Below, piece by piece: positions 35,713-44,901 of a DNA stretch of 64,000 nucleotides. Each line of letters begins with the position of its first letter. Within the stretch, counting starts at the first letter, position 1. The DNA is taken from positions 1 through 64,000 of the IMG/VR virus record IMGVR_UViG_3300030376_003877. The stretch is one strand, 5' to 3'. Source of the DNA: a virus (Duplodnaviria > Caudoviricetes). Both the position numbers and the translations under genes were made by a program. The notes beneath the pieces were generated by a model. That model ran no database searches. It was not told the DNA's origin and saw only the letters and a list, made by a program, of their open reading frames with translations.

Positions 35713-37418
35713 TATCTATATTCCCACATATGAGACATATCGCCATACTCATCAGTGTTCCATGTATCTGGAGTATTACCTAATCTTTGAAGATATCTTT
35801 CTCCGTTTGGTTCGACAGTCCATCTATCTCCATCATCATCCACAAAAGTAGAATCATCTAGTCCATCGACAATAAAACCAAAGGGTGCCATGTCTTGCTC
35901 AATTTGATCTTTCTGTTCTTCGTAAATTCTTTTTCTAACATCTTGATCAGTTAACTCTTTAAAATAATCTTGTGCTACTAACCAAGCATAGATGACCAAA
36001 CACATAGCAAGATCATCATTACAACCTTCTTCTGCCTCAAAAGAACCATGTTTCTGAATAAAGGTAGTTAATTCTGAAATGACTTCATAATCATTGAAGA
36101 TAAATTTATCTTCTTCAATCATCGTCTTAAGGTTAAGAGACCCAACTTTTTTGACTGTCTTGGACATCTTAACACCTAACTGTGTTTTAGAACCAGAAAA
36201 TCCTTGACCAACAACTTGACCTGCCCTACCTCTCATTGAAGACATCAAAAGATTTTGATATTCCAAATCGTACTGAAGAATACTTGCTACCTGATCTCCA
36301 ACATCATTTACTTCGCATAAGACATATGCATTATTGTAGTTCTTACATACTTGGTAGATAACACTTGGAAATAACATTGGTTTGATTGTGTTATCTCTAT
36401 ACTTTGCTACCAGTTTATGAGGGAACTGACTTATGTCTATGACTACAAATGCAGAGTAATCTCCTCCAACTCCTCTTGCAACGTCAACTGTGCAAATATA
36501 ATCTCTATCTTCTCTAGGTCCTTCATAAATGTCTAGACCAGCATTTCTTTGGATAGGACTATCGTATACTAAGCTTTTGAGTTTGCTAGGAGCAATCAAA
36601 GTATCAACAGAACCTAAAAACTCACATTCAAACTCAATCTTAAACTGTTGTTCTGATGTGTTAGCAATAGTCTGCTCTTTCCAAACAGCATCTCTACCAG
36701 GAACCTCAGACCAATGAACATCTGTTGGAATATATTCATTAGCACCTTTCTCTGCATCATGCCACATCCTGTAGAAGTGGTTCATGCCGTGAGGCGTAGA
36801 TACAATGATTACTTTCGTGCTTTGACCGGAAGTAATAGTAGGATAAACAGAGGCAAAGAAGGCATCTGCGATATGGTTTGGAACGAAAGCGAACTCATCG
36901 AGGAAGAGGATATTGAACGACATGCCTCGGACAGCACTTGCAGATGTAGAAGCAGCCAGAATCTTTGATCCATTTTCTAGTTCAATGTTACCTTTATTCC
37001 ATACAAGAATACCTTGTTGCATCCACTTCGGCAAGTTCTCATAAGCAGTTGCCAATCTAGCAAGAAGTTCTCTAGCAGTAGTTGCTTTGTTTGCGAGAAT
37101 ACCAATGTTTACACTATCATTAAACAATGCATAATGCAATAAGTAAGACACACAAGTGGTAGACTTACCAGTCTGCCTAGGCATCTTACAAATATTGAAT
37201 CTATTATTATGAAAGTTATTAATTAACTTCTCTTGAAAATCATAAGTCTTGAATGGTTGGAGACCATGATCAAGAGTTACAATTTTTACATAATGTTGTG
37301 CAAAGTAAACTGGGTCATTTTTGCATTTAATATATTCTTCAATATTTTCTTGCGAAAACTCAATAGGGGAATTTGCCTTCTTAAGAAGGGGATTGCCCAA
37401 ATAAACATCATTACTCAT
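35712..37418 (-). CDS. gp17: Terminase large subunit
   Basis: PRQTGKS, FLDEFAF, STPHG, VDVARG, DDLAMC; uninterrupted. Confidence 0.97.
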   Translation of the reverse strand: MSNDVYLGNPLLKKANSPIEFSQENIEEYIKCKNDPVYFAQHYVKIVTLDHGLQPFKTYDFQEKLINNFHNNRFNICKMPRQTGKSTTCVSYLLHYALFNDSVNIGILANKATTARELLARLATAYENLPKWMQQGILVWNKGNIELENGSKILAASTSASAVRGMSFNILFLDEFAFVPNHIADAFFASVYPTITSGQSTKVIIVSTPHGMNHFYRMWHDAEKGANEYIPTDVHWSEVPGRDAVWKEQTIANTSEQQFKIEFECEFLGSVDTLIAPSKLKSLVYDSPIQRNAGLDIYEGPREDRDYICTVDVARGVGGDYSAFVVIDISQFPHKLVAKYRDNTIKPMLFPSVIYQVCKNYNNAYVLCEVNDVGDQVASILQYDLEYQNLLMSSMRGRAGQVVGQGFSGSKTQLGVKMSKTVKKVGSLNLKTMIEEDKFIFNDYEVISELTTFIQKHGSFEAEEGCNDDLAMCLVIYAWLVAQDYFKELTDQDVRKRIYEEQKDQIEQDMAPFGFIVDGLDDSTFVDDDGDRWTVEPNGERYLQRLGNTPDTWNTDEYGDMSHMWEYR

Positions 37419-37421
37419 AAG

Positions 37422-38156
37422 TTACTCAGCAACTTCAGTTTCTTCTACACATGCTACGTTGATGTATAGTTCCTTATTATCAAGAGCAGATAGATCAAAT
37501 CTAGAAATCATTGAACCAGGATATACTTTATCAAGCGCAGACTGAACTTCTTTTCTAGATGGTTTTTTAATTTCAGGGAAGAATAACTTCATCATCATAT
37601 ACTTACCTTTCCAGGTAAATGATACAAGATATACATTTCCATTTTGAGCAGGAACTCTCACTGCTTCTGTAACTTCTTCTACTTCTTCCCCGACAGGAAC
37701 ACAATTAGGTACAGTCTTTTTACCTTTTTTCTTCATTCCTTTTTGAGCGTATCCAACCCAACATTTCTCACCAAGAACTTCAACCTCAATACCAGCATTT
37801 CTCATTGCATTGACTTGCATCTGTGAGAGTTCTGGAAGGTTCTCAAACTCTTCTTTCTTAGTGCTATTGCCATAGTTCTTAGCACCCTTTTTACGACACT
37901 GTACGAGTCTTCCAGAGGCATATGCTGAAGGCCATACAGAAGCACTTGCTTTTACTTTATGATAGCAGGCATCTTTCTTACCACTACTTTTACCTTTCTT
38001 ATCCTCTTCAGTCATTGCTTCGATATCATAAGTATCGTATGTTTCAATGTTAGGTGCAGTTGATTTCATTGGTTTTGGTTTGATAATGTCTTGTACCACT
38101 GCAAAAGGTTCACCGTATGCATCAGTAAGTTCAATATCTTCTTTTACCATTGTCAC
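37422..38156 (-). CDS. Modular hypothetical late protein
   Basis: Modules KKDACYHKVK...WPSAYASG and KCWVGY...VPNCVP; ATAAATA at 38175-38181. Confidence 0.75.
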   Translation of the reverse strand: MTMVKEDIELTDAYGEPFAVVQDIIKPKPMKSTAPNIETYDTYDIEAMTEEDKKGKSSGKKDACYHKVKASASVWPSAYASGRLVQCRKKGAKNYGNSTKKEEFENLPELSQMQVNAMRNAGIEVEVLGEKCWVGYAQKGMKKKGKKTVPNCVPVGEEVEEVTEAVRVPAQNGNVYLVSFTWKGKYMMMKLFFPEIKKPSRKEVQSALDKVYPGSMISRFDLSALDNKELYINVACVEETEVAE

Positions 38157-38195
38157 AATAAAAAGGTCTCTTAGTATTTATTAACTATCAAATCT

Positions 38196-39191
38196 TTAAA
38201 CGGTATATCTTATAATGCATACGCCATCGCCACCTTTATTTGGACTTGCGACATAATAGTTATTTCCTGCACCACCACCTAAACTATCTATTCCCATTTG
38301 AGATGGTCCAGGAGCTCCACTACCACCTCTTCCTCCTCCACCAATAGGTCTAACACTACCATTTTGGGCTATATATCCCCATCCACCACCACCTGCTCCA
38401 TAGTGATTATTTGAGGAGGAATTAGCTTCTGGTGCTACTGGAGATAATCCAACAATTGGATATTCAAATCCAGAAAATGGTTGACCAGGACCACCCGCAC
38501 TGCCAGAACCAGGACCAGGACCAGCAGGATTAGCTGCTCCACCAGCACCACCACCGCCAGCAGCAGAATATGCGCCAGCAGTTGTTCCAGTTCCTCCAGC
38601 ATTTCCATATTGATTAAAACTCGGACTAGGTGTAAATGGTGAATTTAATCCTGGTTGTGTTGCTGCTCCTCCAGGATTAGTTTCTGTTCCTTCTGAGCCA
38701 CCACCAGATCCACCTGATTTGGCTGCTGGACCACTATAGTTGGTTGCTCCTCCGCCACCATCAGCAGTCATTCCTCCAAATGTGGAATCTGTTCCATTAC
38801 CGTTAGGACCTGAACCGCCTCCACCAATAGTTACTGTATATGCTTGTGCCGCGACAGGAAATGCTGCGTGATGAACAACACCTCCACCACCTGCTCCAGA
38901 GTTGTAACTAGGAGCAGATCCGCCTCCTCCAGCAACTAATAGAACATCTACAAGTCCATCACCACTTGTAACTGTAAATGTTCCTGACCCAGTAAATGTA
39001 TGATACTTATATCCATTTCCTGGAGTATTCGTTGTACCTCCAGTCGCAGCAACTGGTATCGCACCAGGTGACCAACCACCTAATCTATTAGCACGATATT
39101 GATCGTTAGCATCATAAACTCCCGATGCAGCATACTCTCCAGGACTGAAAACAATAGATGCTCCTATTTTCCCCCCAATAAATCTTCCCAT
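38196..39191 (-). CDS. Glycine-rich domain protein (fibre/adhesin-associated)
   Basis: YKYHTFT, LLVAGGGG, GGGGAGGA, C-terminal GGDGVCIIRY typical of phage glycine-rich domains. Confidence 0.8.
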   Translation of the reverse strand: MGRFIGGKIGASIVFSPGEYAASGVYDANDQYRANRLGGWSPGAIPVAATGGTTNTPGNGYKYHTFTGSGTFTVTSGDGLVDVLLVAGGGGSAPSYNSGAGGGGVVHHAAFPVAAQAYTVTIGGGGSGPNGNGTDSTFGGMTADGGGGATNYSGPAAKSGGSGGGSEGTETNPGGAATQPGLNSPFTPSPSFNQYGNAGGTGTTAGAYSAAGGGGAGGAANPAGPGPGSGSAGGPGQPFSGFEYPIVGLSPVAPEANSSSNNHYGAGGGGWGYIAQNGSVRPIGGGGRGGSGAPGPSQMGIDSLGGGAGNNYYVASPNKGGDGVCIIRYTV

Positions 39192-39203
39192 TAGAGTCTC
39201 CTA

Positions 39204-39572
39204 TCAAGCATCATCTAATTCTTCATAAGAAATAATGACATCTAAATCACTATTTGCACTAGCACCACCCCTAATAGATTGATTTTCCTCAAGAAAAATA
39301 GGAGCATCTTTTCCAAGAACAATTAATGTTGCATCAGCAGGAACAGCAACAGTAGAAGCAAGATAAAAATCTGTTGATCCATTATAAAATGAAATAGTTA
39401 CATCCGCAGAATCAGTTCCATCTTTATTTCCTACAATAATTGAATTAATCTTTAGTAACTTATTACTTGAAGAAGAATTTGCTAACAAAGACGTTGTTAG
39501 AGTGGTATCTAACGCAGCACCAACGGTCTTACCGTAAATACTAGTTGCATTAATAATATTTGGGGCAGCCAT
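39204..39572 (-). CDS. Hypothetical virion-associated protein
   Basis: 122 aa, MAAPNIIN...IIVGNKDG...LDVIISYE; ATAAATA at 39595-39601. Confidence 0.75.
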   Translation of the reverse strand: MAAPNIINATSIYGKTVGAALDTTLTTSLLANSSSSNKLLKINSIIVGNKDGTDSADVTISFYNGSTDFYLASTVAVPADATLIVLGKDAPIFLEENQSIRGGASANSDLDVIISYEELDDA

Positions 39573-39597
39573 GTCTATTTCTTTTCTATGTTTTTAT

Positions 39598-42500
39598 TTA
39601 TCTACCTAAGAACGATGCAATGGCAGCTGATTTTGCGGCTGAGGCACCAGCGTTAGTGAGATTTGATCCATCACCATAGAATGTGGTTGCTGTAACTGAG
39701 TTGATGCCAGATATATTGGTAGAGTTATCTCCAACTATATTTCCGTTCGCAGTTACATCACCAGTAAAAGTAGAATCCCCAGCAACACTAAGATCGGTGC
39801 CGTTAAGGAGCATCAACTCAGTGCTCTTGAATCTTGCACTAATGTTTTGAGATCCAGCTTTAATATGAGCAATCTCAATAATACCATCTTCAGAAGTATT
39901 ATCTACGTCTGATATTTTGCCGGTAATCTTTGCATAATTTATTTTTCCACCAGAATCATTTTCTCCCTGAAATTTTATCTGTCCAAGATAATCTCCATTA
40001 TCAGGAGATGCACTATTTCTGTATAATTCAATTATAGGTCCAGCAGAACTTCCTGCATCTGTTGAAGTAACTGTAACTATACCAGATGTTGTTATATTAT
40101 CAGTAGAAGCTACGCCAGTTAGTCCACTTCCATCACCAACAAAACTAGCAGCAGTTATAATGCCACTTGTATTGACAGATGAATCTGAGTTTAATGCCGT
40201 TGCTATTCCTGCTGATGATGCATAACCTACTCCACCAACTATATTATATGCATTAGTAGCATTAGTTGTTGATGTAATTCCAGCAATTCTTATTTGATCA
40301 ATCTTTTGAAATTCAACAACATCTCCATCATTAATAAAGGGTGTCATAGTCACAACAGACCCATTAGTGGCTGTGAAATCGACTCCACCTACCTGCTTGG
40401 TTCCGTTAAGAAACACATCAATCATTCCAACTGTATATCCACCGGTAATTGTAAAGACGGTTGTTATTCCAGAAGATGTTTCTACCTGTCTAGTGATTGA
40501 TGCAATTGGAACATCAATAGTTATAGTTGTTCCAGAACCAACAACCGTTACACCCGCACCAGTAAAGTTGATGTCTGTATATCCAGTGCCAATACGTGTT
40601 GAAGTAGATTGAATCCCAACACCAGAGATTATATTACTCAACCCACTACCATCACCAAAGAATGAAGCAGCAGTAATGATACCAGTTACTTTAGTATTTC
40701 CTTCTACATCTAATGAAGTTGCGGTCGCGATACCGATTAATGATGAACGACCAGTAATAGTGGTTTCATATTCAATGCCAGCAACAGCAGCTGGATATAC
40801 TCTACCAGTTCCATCAAAGGATGCTCTAATTGGATTAATAAACCTTGATTGTGTAATTGAACCTAAACTTTGTCCATTACTTGGTGAGGAAAAATTAGAA
40901 CCATTACTATAAATTGCTGACCAATATCCATCAACTAAATTATAGATGATAATTTTTGAGTTATCACTTTCATGTAGGAAATAATAGTAACCACTAATAT
41001 TGGAGAAAGTGGCACTACCAGAGTAAGATGGAGCACCTGTCAGAACAAATGAAGTAGATTGTCTATTGTATGCTCCATCAAGATCGGAACCATACCCTTT
41101 TAAGTTTATTGTAGAATAATCAATAACAAACTTTCCGCTACTTCCAAAGAAAGGTGCTAATGATATTGACGCACCAGAACCAACAACAATATCATCAATT
41201 CCAGTAAGTGACTTTTTGGTTGGGTCAAGTGTAATTGATCCTCGTCCAACAGTGAGGATACCTGTTACTCTGGCATCTCCATCTACAAGTAGTGTTGTTT
41301 GACCAACACCAATATGAACCGTTCCAACTCCTGTGCTAATCGTAGAAACACCAGAAACGTTTAATCCGTTTGATGTAACAGTGATTCCACTTCTTGCGGT
41401 TATAATGCCGATGGAATCTAAGTTTTTAATGTCTTCTTTGGTGATTGTACCACCAACACTCAGATTGCCACTGAAGAATCCATCAACAGCAGTTACAGAA
41501 CCAGCAATACTGATATTGTTAGGTACATCATTGGTTCTACCCGCACCATATACAAGAATGGCACCATTTGCAGTTGACTTCTTAAGAACAACAGCAATCT
41601 TTTGAACAAGATGTGTTGGGTCAGTAGGTCTTACATTCGTAAGTCCTCCACCAGGAGCAACATATAATTCATCAGCAACTTCAAACGCAGAAGTATTGAC
41701 ACCTTCTAATTCTCCATAAACAATAATTTGACCACTAGTGTTGTTAGCAAGATCTGTACTTACAACACCCTTTGCGGGCATTGTTACTGAGTTAGATGCT
41801 CTTGATTCTTCAACACCTAATCTATCAAGTCCACTGTTGTATGCTGTTTGATAAACGGGTGTTCCAATAGTTAAGGCATAACCAATATTGTTATTTCTAA
41901 CATCAAGTACAAGTTTTGATGCGGAATCAGCATCTCCACCACCACCTAAAGCAGTACTAGCAATTCCAACCCACTTACTAGTTGATGCTTCATATATTAA
42001 TAGTGATCCAGTAGTTATTCCAGAAAAATCAACATCATCAAGATCTTTGATATAACCTGCTCCACCACCACCCATTGTTGAGAGTTGAGTGGTAATCCTA
42101 TTAATAAAAAGTCTGTAATGATTTGATAGATCATCAAGAGTCGCAAACTTTTGGTTAAGTGGCGTTAATACGTCAGTTTGATTTCCTGCAGTTTCTTTTT
42201 CGCTAGGAGGTTCATTGAGAAGATAATTTTCTTGTAACTGCTTCTGATCTTTTTTGATTAATGAAGCAATATCCTTAAGTTCTCGGACAGTTGTTTTTAA
42301 AGAATCAATGTCCTTTACAATAGTAGATATTTCATTATCATAATATTTAACTTCTGGAAGTAAATTTACTTGCTCTTTAAGTTCATTAAAAAACTTTAAA
42401 AGTGTTTCATCTGTCTTAATGCTCTGCTCATTGATAGAAGTAATTTCTTTTTCTAACTTCTGTTTTATTTTATTCTGCTCACTCAGAACTGCTTTCTTTA

Positions 42501-43380
42501 GTTTTCTATCATCATCTTTAAATTCTCTGTGATATTCCCAAACTTTTAATGATGACTTACTTAGTTCGGAATATATTTTATCTTTAGTTTCAGTTAATCG
42601 AGTATTAGTCTGATCAATCTTATCATTGACAGTATCTTTAAGGTTTTTGACATTTATATTTTGTTCAAAATCCTTTACTTGGATAGTCTCATTAAGTTCT
42701 GATACCTCAAAAGATATCTTCTCTTTGATTACATCGAGATGTCCTTGAACTCTGGTAAAATCTTCATCAATAGTATTAAAAGTATTTCCAATCCACCTAA
42801 AATCAGGTACATCTCTAGATTTTACCTTATTAAGTTCCTCTATAAGAGATGATATATCACTATCATAGTGTTTAATCTCAGGTAAAGATGTTATATCTTC
42901 CTTTAATTGTGTTATTCTATCATTAATGTGTTCAATATCATGATCATAATACCTTATTGTTGGTATTTCAGGTATTTTTGATTCAATTTCAGTTAATTTT
43001 TCCTCAAAATGTTCATTTCTTACATCTAAGTCATCAATTTTATTACTTTTTTGATCAAACTGTGTAAAATATTCTTCAATATGAGTTAGTTTACTACTTA
43101 AATCACTTAATTCTTCATCATAATATTTTATCTCTGGTATTTCTGGTATCTCTTTTCTTAAATCATTAACAAGACGCACCAATTCTGACCATTCTGGTGC
43201 AGTCTCTGCCAGAACGGGATTAATATTCTCTATTTCTTCAACTAAAACTTCTTCTTTTGGCGATTCTGAGATATAATCTTCTACTGATGGAAGTTCCTTT
43301 TCCTCTATAAAATCTTTATAGGAGGGTAAGTTGTTTTCCTCTACTATATCATTTATTGATGGCAGATCTTCGTTAGACAT
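39598..43380 (-). CDS. Large fibre-like protein: N-terminal coiled coil plus C-terminal fibre modules
   Basis: About 430-aa acidic coiled coil, then a GGGGAG linker, three (F)xGDGSxL repeats and a VFLNG module; ATAAATA at 43422-43428. Confidence 0.75.
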   Translation of the reverse strand: MSNEDLPSINDIVEENNLPSYKDFIEEKELPSVEDYISESPKEEVLVEEIENINPVLAETAPEWSELVRLVNDLRKEIPEIPEIKYYDEELSDLSSKLTHIEEYFTQFDQKSNKIDDLDVRNEHFEEKLTEIESKIPEIPTIRYYDHDIEHINDRITQLKEDITSLPEIKHYDSDISSLIEELNKVKSRDVPDFRWIGNTFNTIDEDFTRVQGHLDVIKEKISFEVSELNETIQVKDFEQNINVKNLKDTVNDKIDQTNTRLTETKDKIYSELSKSSLKVWEYHREFKDDDRKLKKAVLSEQNKIKQKLEKEITSINEQSIKTDETLLKFFNELKEQVNLLPEVKYYDNEISTIVKDIDSLKTTVRELKDIASLIKKDQKQLQENYLLNEPPSEKETAGNQTDVLTPLNQKFATLDDLSNHYRLFINRITTQLSTMGGGGAGYIKDLDDVDFSGITTGSLLIYEASTSKWVGIASTALGGGGDADSASKLVLDVRNNNIGYALTIGTPVYQTAYNSGLDRLGVEESRASNSVTMPAKGVVSTDLANNTSGQIIVYGELEGVNTSAFEVADELYVAPGGGLTNVRPTDPTHLVQKIAVVLKKSTANGAILVYGAGRTNDVPNNISIAGSVTAVDGFFSGNLSVGGTITKEDIKNLDSIGIITARSGITVTSNGLNVSGVSTISTGVGTVHIGVGQTTLLVDGDARVTGILTVGRGSITLDPTKKSLTGIDDIVVGSGASISLAPFFGSSGKFVIDYSTINLKGYGSDLDGAYNRQSTSFVLTGAPSYSGSATFSNISGYYYFLHESDNSKIIIYNLVDGYWSAIYSNGSNFSSPSNGQSLGSITQSRFINPIRASFDGTGRVYPAAVAGIEYETTITGRSSLIGIATATSLDVEGNTKVTGIITAASFFGDGSGLSNIISGVGIQSTSTRIGTGYTDINFTGAGVTVVGSGTTITIDVPIASITRQVETSSGITTVFTITGGYTVGMIDVFLNGTKQVGGVDFTATNGSVVTMTPFINDGDVVEFQKIDQIRIAGITSTTNATNAYNIVGGVGYASSAGIATALNSDSSVNTSGIITAASFVGDGSGLTGVASTDNITTSGIVTVTSTDAGSSAGPIIELYRNSASPDNGDYLGQIKFQGENDSGGKINYAKITGKISDVDNTSEDGIIEIAHIKAGSQNISARFKSTELMLLNGTDLSVAGDSTFTGDVTANGNIVGDNSTNISGINSVTATTFYGDGSNLTNAGASAAKSAAIASFLGR

Positions 43381-43420
43381 TCTATTAGTGCAATACTTTG
43401 GGATTTCTCTCCCCGAAATA

Positions 43421-43846
43421 CTATTTATCTGTCTGACTTGCTTGCTTTAACATTTTTTGAAGATCTGCTGTAGAACCAACAAATAGAGCATTATTGACTG
43501 TGGTAGGACCTTTTTGATCTTTTTCCTCACTAACATCTTTCAGTTTCTTCTGAAGATCCATTAATTTATCAGTAGCATCGGAAACGTTTTTAATAAGTTG
43601 ACCTGCTACTTCATATGCTCTTGGCATCTCACTTTCTTGAGCAAGTTCAAGAATACCATTGATTGCTTCTTGTCCTTTTTCTATTATTGAATAAAGATTA
43701 CCCCTAGTATATTCATAATCTTTTTTGATGTCTTCAGTTGATGATTTAAGTTTTTCAATCTTATTATCAACCTTTGTCTTATCTATTTGAATATCAGTTG
43801 ATTCAACATCAAAAGCATCATCCAAACCGTCATATTTAATAGTCAT
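43421..43846 (-). CDS. gp16: Terminase small subunit
   Basis: DYEYTRGNLY, PRAYEVAGQLIK, NNALFVGSTADLQKML. Confidence 0.93.
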   Translation of the reverse strand: MTIKYDGLDDAFDVESTDIQIDKTKVDNKIEKLKSSTEDIKKDYEYTRGNLYSIIEKGQEAINGILELAQESEMPRAYEVAGQLIKNVSDATDKLMDLQKKLKDVSEEKDQKGPTTVNNALFVGSTADLQKMLKQASQTDK

Positions 43847-43854
43847 AATATTAA

Positions 43855-44862
43855 TTAACTAAATCCCCCATCAAATCCAAAGTTGTCTCCAACTTCAATG
43901 AATGAAGCATCTGCTTTAGTGATATTGTAGATAGCAGAACCTAAAACATGCTGTTGAATCGGAGTCTTATCCTGTGCTCTTCTAACTGTTAACCTATTAT
44001 CAACTATATTATCAACGTACATTTGCTCTTCACCCATGTAGATATATGTCTTCTTGGTAAACTTAGTACCATCTGAAACTTCAATCACAGTATCTTCAAA
44101 ATCAACGTTTGCTGTCAACTGAGCAACTTCACTTCCGTTATAATCTTTCAGTGCTCTTGGTTCTACAGTGTAAGTGACATCTCTTTCGTATTGAGTTGTT
44201 CCTTTTGTTCTTGTTCCTGCAATATATCCAACAGAAACTTTTTCAACAATCGAAGAACTAATATCTGTAAGTGGTCCGTAAAGATAGGTTTTTGCTGTAA
44301 ATCTAAAAGTATAAACTAATGCTCTTCTTGTATCAAAGTTGCCTTCATAATCATCTTCCATTGTTACATTATCGAGCACAACTGGAGTATTGACTACTTC
44401 TGTTAATCCGCTAAGAAGTTTAACTGGTATAGTGTATGCGGGAGTGAAATAAGGTAAAATCTGTTCAGTTATCTGCAACATATCATCATTTAGTTTTGTC
44501 ATTACCGACAATTCAAAAACCATGTTGTATGGTACTGGCATATATGCTTTTTTAGTTTGTTCTCCATCATCGCCAGTTATAACAAACGTTTGAGATTTTG
44601 ATACTTTTCTTTCAGGATCATAAGTCAAATCAATAAACTCAAATGACATTCTAGGCAATGTCATTTGGACAGGAGTATTTAAATCTGGAGTTTGTTCTAA
44701 TCTTGCTAGGAACTTTTGTGTAGGTCCATAAGCAAGAGGAACTTTGACGACACTCCAAGTCTCATCATTTCCGTCTTTATGTTTAATCTCGATACCATTA
44801 AACAGAGAACCAAATGAAATGATTGTAGATCTTAGAATTTCGTTATAGAAATACTCAAACAT
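43855..44862 (-). CDS. gp15: Tail sheath stabiliser/head completion protein
   Basis: FGSLFN, VPLAYGP, LPRMSFE, QILPYF.P, FTAKTYLYGP. Confidence 0.95.
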   Translation of the reverse strand: MFEYFYNEILRSTIISFGSLFNGIEIKHKDGNDETWSVVKVPLAYGPTQKFLARLEQTPDLNTPVQMTLPRMSFEFIDLTYDPERKVSKSQTFVITGDDGEQTKKAYMPVPYNMVFELSVMTKLNDDMLQITEQILPYFTPAYTIPVKLLSGLTEVVNTPVVLDNVTMEDDYEGNFDTRRALVYTFRFTAKTYLYGPLTDISSSIVEKVSVGYIAGTRTKGTTQYERDVTYTVEPRALKDYNGSEVAQLTANVDFEDTVIEVSDGTKFTKKTYIYMGEEQMYVDNIVDNRLTVRRAQDKTPIQQHVLGSAIYNITKADASFIEVGDNFGFDGGFS

Positions 44863-44901
44863 GATCTTTAAAGAATATACTTCTATTTAACAGTTTCATA
44901 C

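Noticed and set aside
7509-37418. Introns or inteins in gp43, uvsW, gp46, gp20, gp23 or gp17
   Set aside because: ORFs are continuous and of normal length; no intein terminal motifs or LAGLIDADG/HNH inserts seen.
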